From contig JABGQS010000004.1 of the NCBI GenBank assembly GCA_018648645.1, positions 8,976-72,975 on the forward strand: a stretch of DNA of 64,000 bases, written 5' to 3'. The position numbers were made by a program, and so were the translations under genes. Every line of letters starts with the position of its first letter. Within the stretch, counting starts at the first letter, position 1. The DNA is from Clostridia bacterium. Lineage in GTDB: Bacteria; Bacillota; Clostridia; Christensenellales; SZUA-584. Below are positions 32,852 through 40,171 of this stretch, piece by piece. Under the pieces are notes generated by a model. It was not told where the DNA came from. It searched no databases and saw only the letters and a list, made by a program, of their open reading frames with translations.

Positions 32852-34351
32852 TCACTCCTGCGCCCACGCAAACGAGCGTTTTACTGCGCGTTTCCAACCT
32901 GAGTAAAGACTTTCTTTTTGGTCGACGTTCATGTTTGGCTCAAAAACACGTGCCACTTGCCACTGTTTTGCAATTTCCTCTTTGTTTTTCCAAAAGCCTA
33001 TGCCAAGACCTGCCAAATATGCTGCACCGAGTGATGTCATTTCAGTAATTACGGGCTTTTCGATTGGAATGCCTAGAATGTCTGCTTGAAACTGCATAAG
33101 GAAGTCGCTGGCAGTTGCACCGCCGTCTACACGCAGCGAAGTAAGCTGTTGGCCCGAGTCTTGCGTCATGCACTCCAGAACGTCACAAGTTTGGTATGCG
33201 ATCGCTTCGAGAGCGCTTCTTGCAATGTGCTCGCCCGTTGTGCCGCGCGTCATGCCGACTATCGTGCCCCGTGCATACATGTCCCAATACGGTGCGCACA
33301 ATCCTGTAAATGCAGGTACGAGGTAAACTCCGCCGGTGTCACTTACGCGGCTTGCAAAGTCGTTCACTTCATCCGCTGTTTTGATGATTTTTAGTCCGTC
33401 GCGTAGCCATTGTATAGTCGCGCCGCCCATGAACACGAGTCCTTCCAGCGCGTACTCGGGCCGCTCGCCAACCATCCACGCGATGTCGCTGGTGAGTCCC
33501 GTTTTGCTCATTTTGAGATCATAACCCACGTTCATCATCATGGCGAGAGCTGTACCATAAGTGTTTTTAGCCATGCCGGGTTTGAAGCACGTCTGACCAA
33601 ACGTTGCTGCGTGTTGGTCTCCCGCATCGCCCGCTATCGGTATTGCTTGCCCGAAAAACACATCTTTGTCTGTTTCGCACATCACTCCGCTTGACGGCAT
33701 TAGCTTTGGCAGCATGGATTTCGGAATATCGAGTGCGTCAAGTATTTTGTCGTCCCACTGCAGTGTGTGAATATCTAGCAGCATTGTGCGCGATGCGTTG
33801 GAGTAGTCTTCTACATGCGCCGCGCCGCCCGACAGTTTGAACATCAAAAATGAATCGATGTTTCCAAAAAGTATTTTGCCTTGCTTAACCTTTTCTTTAA
33901 CACCGTCAACGTTGTCGATTATCCATTTGATTTTGGTTGCAGAAAAGTATGCGTCGATAAGCAGCCCTGTTTTTTCGCGCACGTATTCGTCAAGCCCGTC
34001 TGCTATCAGCTCCTCGCAAATCGCAGCGGTTTGTCTGCTTTGCCAAACAATTGCGTTATACACAGGTTCGCCCGTGTCTTTGTCCCAAAGCACAGTGGTT
34101 TCGCGCTGGCACGTGATGCCGATTGCTGCGATTTCGTTTGCGTTGGTGTCACCGAGCTGCATCGCTTCGGCAGCGCAGATGATGGTGGTGTCCCAATACT
34201 CGTTGGCGTCATGCTCTACCCAGCCGGGGTGAGCGAAAATTTGCCGAATTTCGCGATAAGCGGTGCTGTGCATACGCCCGCGCTCGTCAAAAAGAGCAAC
34301 ACGTGTGCCTGTTGTGCCTTGATCTATCGACATTATGAAACGTTTGCTCAT
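32852..34351 (-). CDS. FGGY carbohydrate kinase, glycerol-kinase-like (substrate uncertain)
   Basis: DQGTTG, QRET, VWQ, YFSATK, GDQ, KNTYGT and LRVDGGA. Confidence 0.88.
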   Translation of the reverse strand: MSKRFIMSIDQGTTGTRVALFDERGRMHSTAYREIRQIFAHPGWVEHDANEYWDTTIICAAEAMQLGDTNANEIAAIGITCQRETTVLWDKDTGEPVYNAIVWQSRQTAAICEELIADGLDEYVREKTGLLIDAYFSATKIKWIIDNVDGVKEKVKQGKILFGNIDSFLMFKLSGGAAHVEDYSNASRTMLLDIHTLQWDDKILDALDIPKSMLPKLMPSSGVMCETDKDVFFGQAIPIAGDAGDQHAATFGQTCFKPGMAKNTYGTALAMMMNVGYDLKMSKTGLTSDIAWMVGERPEYALEGLVFMGGATIQWLRDGLKIIKTADEVNDFASRVSDTGGVYLVPAFTGLCAPYWDMYARGTIVGMTRGTTGEHIARSALEAIAYQTCDVLECMTQDSGQQLTSLRVDGGATASDFLMQFQADILGIPIEKPVITEMTSLGAAYLAGLGIGFWKNKEEIAKQWQVARVFEPNMNVDQKESLYSGWKRAVKRSFAWAQE

Positions 34352-34374
34352 GTCTGCCTCCAACTAAATAACAA

Positions 34375-34767
34375 CTAAATCCAAAATATCCATCGAACAC
34401 CAAAGATATCAATAAAATCAACCACAAGTGTTGAATAATCCGTTTTATGTATAGGTCGGATAATCCGAGAAGTTTCACAAAACTTACTAAAAACTTTCTT
34501 AAACTCGGCTTCATCACTAAAGCGAATACTAAGAGAAAGTATACCCTCCTCAGACGATTTTTGACTTCCGCCAAAAGAGTCTGAAAAAGTAACCTTTTGG
34601 TTATACAAATTCATTTCGGCATGAGCTACTTCACTCTCTCGCTCTGCCGCAGGGCTCATAATTAATGTTTTAACCTCTGCATTAAAAGCATCGTTGTAAA
34701 ATTCAATAGCTTCGAGGCATTTGCCATCAAAGTGAAAATGCATATTAAGCTCCGCTTCCATTTTCAT
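34375..34767 (-). CDS. VOC/PhnB-like (glyoxalase superfamily) protein
   Basis: FDGKCLEAIEFY, HAEM and DIFGVRW. Confidence 0.8.
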   Translation of the reverse strand: MKMEAELNMHFHFDGKCLEAIEFYNDAFNAEVKTLIMSPAAERESEVAHAEMNLYNQKVTFSDSFGGSQKSSEEGILSLSIRFSDEAEFKKVFSKFCETSRIIRPIHKTDYSTLVVDFIDIFGVRWIFWI

Positions 34768-34812
34768 AGAACTATTTCCTTTCATACGCTAATATAACTA
34801 TACACACTCAAG

Positions 34813-34842
34813 AAAAAATGAAGGCAGTATCGCCCTCATTTA
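34813..34842 (-). terminator. Intrinsic terminator ending the ABC operon
   Basis: - strand AAATGAGGGC-GATACT-GCCTTCATTT-TTT. Confidence 0.7.
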
Positions 34843-34856
34843 TTATATGTATTTTA

Positions 34857-35804
34857 CTAGTGCCGCGCTTCCCTGTCGTATGGTGTACCGAGAGACCCCG
34901 GCTCGCGTTGCTTGATCTTCGAGTTTTTGCCGAACTTGCCTGTAGAGAATATCAGCACGACGATGGTAAATATGTATGGAAGCATTGTGAAAAGCATCTC
35001 CGGTATTTCGATGCCAAATGCTTGCAACCGCAAACCCAGTATTAATATGAAACCGAACAGGTATGAGCCGAGCATGGCTTTGATTGGGTTCCATGTAGCG
35101 AATATGACGAGAGCAACGGCTATCCAACCTTGACCGCCTGTGATTGAGTCCATCCAAGATGAATTAAACCCAATCGATAAATATGCGCCTGCCAACCCCG
35201 TTAATGCACCGCCAATCAAAGTGTAGATGTATCTTGTTGCGAACACGTTGATGCCGAGCGAATCTGCAGAAGACGGGTTTTCACCCACAGCGCGCAGCTT
35301 AAGCCCTGCACGCGTGCGATATATGAGTATCCATGAAATCGGCACAAGCAGAATTGATACATATACGAGTATGCTTTGGTTGAAAAGCGCTTCGCCGATA
35401 ATCGGGATTTCGCTGAGCAAAGGAATTGGTATTGCTTGCAGAGAGGCTACGCGTACTGTGCCTACATAGTTTTGTCCGAGAAAGTTTGCAAGACCGACGC
35501 CAAAGATTGTTAGCGCCAAACCGGACACTACCTGACTGGCTTTGAGCGTAACTGTGATAAAAGCGTGTATCAACCCCATAAGGGCACCCGCAAGCAATGA
35601 GGCAGCGATTGCGAGAACGAGGTTGCCCGTTGTTTGCACAACTATAAACGCAAAAACCGCACCGACAATCATCATACCCTCCAGCCCGAGGTTAAGAACA
35701 CCTGATTTCTCGGTAAGGATTTCGCCGATACACGCAAGCAGCAGCACAGTACCCATTGCGATTGTTGCCGAAAGAAAACCTGTTGTTACTTCTACCCAAC
35801 CCAT
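34857..35804 (-). CDS. Nucleoside/sugar (CUT2) ABC permease
   Basis: EKSGVLNLGLEGMM, RAVGENPSSADSLGI, GQGWIAVALV and LGTPY. Confidence 0.92.
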   Translation of the reverse strand: MGWVEVTTGFLSATIAMGTVLLLACIGEILTEKSGVLNLGLEGMMIVGAVFAFIVVQTTGNLVLAIAASLLAGALMGLIHAFITVTLKASQVVSGLALTIFGVGLANFLGQNYVGTVRVASLQAIPIPLLSEIPIIGEALFNQSILVYVSILLVPISWILIYRTRAGLKLRAVGENPSSADSLGINVFATRYIYTLIGGALTGLAGAYLSIGFNSSWMDSITGGQGWIAVALVIFATWNPIKAMLGSYLFGFILILGLRLQAFGIEIPEMLFTMLPYIFTIVVLIFSTGKFGKNSKIKQREPGSLGTPYDREARH

Positions 35805-36883
35805 TATACAGTCTCCTTTCGAGCAAACTTAATACTGTATTTCGTAAGAAAATCGAACGCAAGTACACAGAAAAGTATGATGCCTTGAATCACTGCGCTG
35901 ATGGCGGCAGGCAGCTGCAACACGCCCATCGTTTTGCCGCCTACGGCAAGCGCTGCCATGAACACTGACATAATAATAATTGCTGTTGGGCTGAGTTTCG
36001 CCAGCCATGCGATGATAACGGCAGTGAAGCCGTACCCGCCCGATATGTCGGGCTCTAGCCTGTGCGATAAACCTGAAATTTCGATTGCGCCCCCTAGACC
36101 AATGAGTGCGCCCGATACCGTCATAACTAAAATGACGTTGAGTTTTACGTTCATGCCAGCGTACTTTGCGGCTTTTGGTCCATCGCCAATTGCGCGGACT
36201 TCGTAACCCCACTTGCTTTTGTTTAGTACAAAATAGTATATGACTGCAATAACAATTGCGATAATGATACCTATGTGGATGTTGGATTCGCCAAAAGACG
36301 GCAGCCAACCGTTTTCAGATATAATCGGTGCCATTGGAAAGCCTTTTTGGAGCGGGTCTTTCCACGGACCTATTATAAGAAATTGTAGCCACAAGAGTGC
36401 AATGTAATTGAGCATCAATGTAACGATCGTTTCGTTTACACCGAGCAGCGACTTTGTGATTCCGGCTATCCCGGCCCAAATAATGCCGGCCAGCATACCT
36501 GCGACGAGCATCAAAAGGATGAGCGGGAACGCAGCCATGTTAGGGAACGCCATTGCAACGCCTGCGGATGCAAATGCGCCCATTGCGAATTGTCCCTCGC
36601 CGCCGATGTTCCAAAGCTTCATTCTAAACGCGATTGCAACACCCAATGCGCAAAAAATCAGCGGAATGGTTTTAACTATAGTTTTCTCAAGACCTTTTGC
36701 GGTAAACAGCGTGTCTATAAACAGCTTTTCAAACACGCGCGGTATTTTCGCTATTTCAAAACCTGCAATCATCAGAACAATAACAGTGAGTATAATGGCC
36801 GCGACAATCGCAATAATTCGTGCCAAAACGACGTTGCCTGTAAAACCTTCCATGCGCTTTTCTATCTTAAGCCTGTATTTCAT
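35804..36883 (-). CDS. Nucleoside/sugar (CUT2) ABC permease
   Basis: WNIGGEGQ, VNETIVTLMLNY and GYGFTAVIIAWL. Confidence 0.92.
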   Translation of the reverse strand: MKYRLKIEKRMEGFTGNVVLARIIAIVAAIILTVIVLMIAGFEIAKIPRVFEKLFIDTLFTAKGLEKTIVKTIPLIFCALGVAIAFRMKLWNIGGEGQFAMGAFASAGVAMAFPNMAAFPLILLMLVAGMLAGIIWAGIAGITKSLLGVNETIVTLMLNYIALLWLQFLIIGPWKDPLQKGFPMAPIISENGWLPSFGESNIHIGIIIAIVIAVIYYFVLNKSKWGYEVRAIGDGPKAAKYAGMNVKLNVILVMTVSGALIGLGGAIEISGLSHRLEPDISGGYGFTAVIIAWLAKLSPTAIIIMSVFMAALAVGGKTMGVLQLPAAISAVIQGIILFCVLAFDFLTKYSIKFARKETV

Positions 36884-38385
36884 GATGCGCCCTCCTTATT
36901 GCCGCCCATCATAAGTCCAAGCTCCTCGATTTTGGCGTCCTCGCGGTTTATTATGCCTGATACGCTTCCTCCGTGCAGCACCATGATTCTGTCGCTGAAC
37001 TTTATAAGCGCGTCCAGATCTTCGGATATGAACAGTATTGCGCAGCCTTTTTCGCGCTGCTCCAGCATCAGGCTGTAGATTTTCTCCATTGCGCCGATGT
37101 CAAGACCGCGCACGGGATACGAAAGTACGAGAACTTTTGGTGACAGCGCGATTTCTCGAGACAGCAGAAGCTTTTGCATGTTGCCGCCCGACATCAACCG
37201 CACAGGCGCTTTAGGGTCTGCCATCAGTACGTCGTACTCAGCGATTGCGTCGATAACATCGCTTGTCGCTCGTTTGTAGTCAATAAAAACACCTTTATGC
37301 GTGTAGTAACTTCTAAGAATGCTGTTGTCTATGCTGTTCATGTTGCCGATAAGTCCAGTTCCCAGCCTGTCTTCGGGTACATATGCCAATCCTGAATCGA
37401 GCTTGCTTCTCACAGTGCACTTCGTGACGTCCTTATCGCTTAGGCATATGCTGCCCTTAGTTGCAGTCCGCAGTCCGCAAAGCACTTCTCCGAGCTCTTT
37501 CTGACCGTTGCCCGCAACGCCTGCAACGCCGAGAATCTCTCCCTCGTGAATCTCGAAGCTTACGTCGCACAGCCCTTGCAAACCTTTATCGTTACGTGCG
37601 CAAACGTTTTTGACATCCAACAGCGTTTTGCCAATGTTGCTTTCCTGCGGAGTCGTGTTGAGCACAATATCGTCGCCTATCATTAATCGGCTTAAGTTGC
37701 TTTGGTTGATATCCTTGCCTTTTGCAACTCCGGCTACTCTGCCTTTTTGAAGCACGGTTACGGTGTCTGCTATCGCGACGATTTCGTCCAGTTTGTGAGA
37801 GATGATAACAATCGTGCAGCCTTTGTTTGTCATGTCGCGCAGCGTTTCGAAAAGTGCGTCTGCTTCCTGCGGTGTAAGCACGGCAGTTGGCTCGTCAAGA
37901 ATAAGTATGTTAGCGTTTTTGTGGAGCGATTTTAGTATTTCAACGCGTTGCTGCTCTCCGACAGAAATCTGAGATATGTATGCGGAGACGTCGACATCAA
38001 GCCCGAACTCATTAGCGAGCTTAGCTACGCTTGTCTGCATCTTCTTTTTGCTTATAAATAAGGAGCCTTTGTCGCCGAGAAGTACGTTTTCTGTCACCGT
38101 GAAAGCGTTTATAAGTTTGAAGTGCTGGTGTATCATTCCGATACCGCTGGCAATTGCGTCTTTTGGCGAAACGAAGTTCTTGACCTCGCCGTTGATCAGT
38201 ATCTCTCCGCTGTCCTGTTTGTAAAGACCGACAAGAACGTTCATCAATGTCGATTTTCCGGCACCGTTTTCGCCAAGCAGCGCATGAATTTCGCCTTGTT
38301 TTAACGTAAGGCTGACATCGTCGTTCGCCAAAGTGCCGGGGAAAGTCTTCGTTATATTTTTCATTTGTACAACTGCTTGCGGCAT
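36880..38385 (-). CDS. CUT2 ABC ATPase (tandem domains)
   Basis: GENGAGKSTLM, ILDEPTAVLTPQE, SGGNMQK and GLDIGA. Confidence 0.95.
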   Translation of the reverse strand: MPQAVVQMKNITKTFPGTLANDDVSLTLKQGEIHALLGENGAGKSTLMNVLVGLYKQDSGEILINGEVKNFVSPKDAIASGIGMIHQHFKLINAFTVTENVLLGDKGSLFISKKKMQTSVAKLANEFGLDVDVSAYISQISVGEQQRVEILKSLHKNANILILDEPTAVLTPQEADALFETLRDMTNKGCTIVIISHKLDEIVAIADTVTVLQKGRVAGVAKGKDINQSNLSRLMIGDDIVLNTTPQESNIGKTLLDVKNVCARNDKGLQGLCDVSFEIHEGEILGVAGVAGNGQKELGEVLCGLRTATKGSICLSDKDVTKCTVRSKLDSGLAYVPEDRLGTGLIGNMNSIDNSILRSYYTHKGVFIDYKRATSDVIDAIAEYDVLMADPKAPVRLMSGGNMQKLLLSREIALSPKVLVLSYPVRGLDIGAMEKIYSLMLEQREKGCAILFISEDLDALIKFSDRIMVLHGGSVSGIINREDAKIEELGLMMGGNKEGAS

Positions 38386-38408
38386 ACCATGCTCCCTATA
38401 AAAATATA

Positions 38409-38478
38409 TTGAATAGCTAAGCAAAATATACACTATCTTGCTTAGCTATTCAAGGCTGCCCTCATGTGACAGCCTTGA
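38409..38478. repeat. 16-bp perfect inverted repeat plus an adjacent 9-bp hairpin between the BMP and ATPase genes
   Basis: TTGAATAGCTAAGCAA-N13-TTGCTTAGCTATTCAA (38409-38453), then TCAAGGCTG...CAGCCTTGA (38450-38478). Confidence 0.85.
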
Positions 38479-38503
38479 CATAGTTTATTAATATAATCTT
38501 ATG

Positions 38504-39682
38504 CTAGTCTACTGAGCCTATTACGCCTTCAACAAAGAAGAACATTCCGAGCATGTCGCCATCGGTCATTGTGTCGTATTCTGCAACCACAATGTTGCCA
38601 TCCTGGTCTGCAATTGGACCGGTGAATACGTGCAAACTTCCGTCCATGATAGCAGCTTCGGCTGCTTCGATTGCCGCAACAGCTTCAGCTGAAATTCCGG
38701 GACCAAAGTCTTCAAGTAGCACAGTGCCGTCATTGATGCCGCCCCAGAATGACTCAGGTGCGTATGTGCCGTCGAGAATCGACTGAACTGCCGCAACATA
38801 GTAAGTACCAAGATCCCATACAGCGCCTGTAAGGTAAGTGTCTCCACCGTATGCAGCCATTGGCGAGTGATAACCAACGCTGTATTTGCCTGCTGCAGCT
38901 GCTGCTGCTATCGGCTCAGGTGTGTCCTGATGCATTGCGATAACGTCGCAACCAGCGTCGAGCAAACCTTCTGCTGATGCTTTTTCGATTGCAGGGTCAT
39001 ACCATGTGTACGTCCAAACAACCTGAACTGTTGCGTCCGGGTTAACGCTTCTTACGCCGAGTGTGAAAGCGTTGATTCCGCGGATAACTTCCGGAATTGG
39101 GAATGCCGCAACGTAACCAATTTGGTTGTCCATTGTTGCATATCCTGCTGCGATACCAGAGAGGTATCTAGGTTCGTACATGCGTCCGAAATAGTTGCCA
39201 AGGTTAGTGTCGTTGATTTCCCAACCTGAGCAATGGAAGAACTTGACGTCCGGATATTCGGCCGCAGCGTTCTTTGTTGCTTCCATGTGTCCAAAGCTTG
39301 TAGCGAAAATGACATTGCAGCCTTCGTCTATAAGACTCACGATTGCGTCATAGCATTCTGTAGTTTTTTCCGGAACGTTCTCGAGATAAAGTGTCTCGAC
39401 GCCCATAGCTTCAACAGCTTGTCTGCCTTGATCATGCATGTAGGTGAATCCGCCGTCTCCAACAGGTCCGATGTAGATAAATCCGGCTTTAACGTCTACT
39501 GCCGGCATCGCATCTTCAACTGCATCTGCAGCTTCGTCAGCAACGTCTTCCACTGCGTCCTCTACAGCTTCTACTGCATCTTCAACAGCGTCCTCCACTG
39601 CGTTCTGAACAGCTCCGCCGCAGCCAGCCAAAACAAATGATGCTACCATGACAAGTGCTAAAAGAATAATTAGTTTTTTCAT
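38504..39682 (-). CDS. BMP-family ABC substrate-binding lipoprotein (probable nucleoside/purine)
   Basis: Lipobox LAGC, GFIYIGPVGDGG, ATSFGH, PIPEVIRGINAF and WYDP. Confidence 0.92.
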   Translation of the reverse strand: MKKLIILLALVMVASFVLAGCGGAVQNAVEDAVEDAVEAVEDAVEDVADEAADAVEDAMPAVDVKAGFIYIGPVGDGGFTYMHDQGRQAVEAMGVETLYLENVPEKTTECYDAIVSLIDEGCNVIFATSFGHMEATKNAAAEYPDVKFFHCSGWEINDTNLGNYFGRMYEPRYLSGIAAGYATMDNQIGYVAAFPIPEVIRGINAFTLGVRSVNPDATVQVVWTYTWYDPAIEKASAEGLLDAGCDVIAMHQDTPEPIAAAAAAGKYSVGYHSPMAAYGGDTYLTGAVWDLGTYYVAAVQSILDGTYAPESFWGGINDGTVLLEDFGPGISAEAVAAIEAAEAAIMDGSLHVFTGPIADQDGNIVVAEYDTMTDGDMLGMFFFVEGVIGSVD

Positions 39683-39862
39683 ATTTCCCTCCAATAATTT
39701 ATATTATCAACTGCGCCGAATATTGACTCTTCACAGATGAATTTCTCTTAGTATACTCAAAAAAAGATCCGTTAATCTTAAATTAGAAAATCTACAACTA
39801 AAAACGAAGAAACAGATAATTTGAACCCCATTGTTGAAAAAACTGTGTTACTTCGAATAATT

Positions 39863-39909
39863 ACACTATATAATGTGTTTATGATAACACAAGTGCACAG
39901 TTAGGTCAA
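39863..39909 (-). promoter_or_regulatory. SigA promoter of the ABC operon with a palindromic operator over the predicted start site
   Basis: - strand TTGACC (39909-39904), 17 bp, TG-n-TATCAT (39886-39881); then ACACTATATAATGTGT at 39863-39878. Confidence 0.65.
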
Positions 39910-40171
39910 TCACTGATACATTAAAAATTGAGCTAATTTCCTTAGTTTTTTAACTTTATGATGGTCGCGTAATTGCGATATTATACCGTTGTATTTGTGT
40001 TAGTATAACGATATGTTTTCAATCCCTTGTTTTGCATAGTTGCAATTGTAGTGCTATCTGCCCGCTTTTGTTATTTTTATGCAATAACTGTTACAGCATG
40101 TTCATAAAAAAACAACACCTACGGAGCGATATTATGTTATAATGATGCAAAATGTGAACGGGATAATTGAT

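Noticed and set aside
38409..38453. MITE or IS end suggested by the 16-bp inverted repeat
   Set aside because: Arms only 13 nt apart, no target duplication, no transposase and no second copy in the window
39700..39900. Purine riboswitch expected upstream of a BMP nucleoside transporter
   Set aside because: The core motifs (TATAAT...ATATGG...TTTCTACC...CCGTAAA) were not found on the - strand
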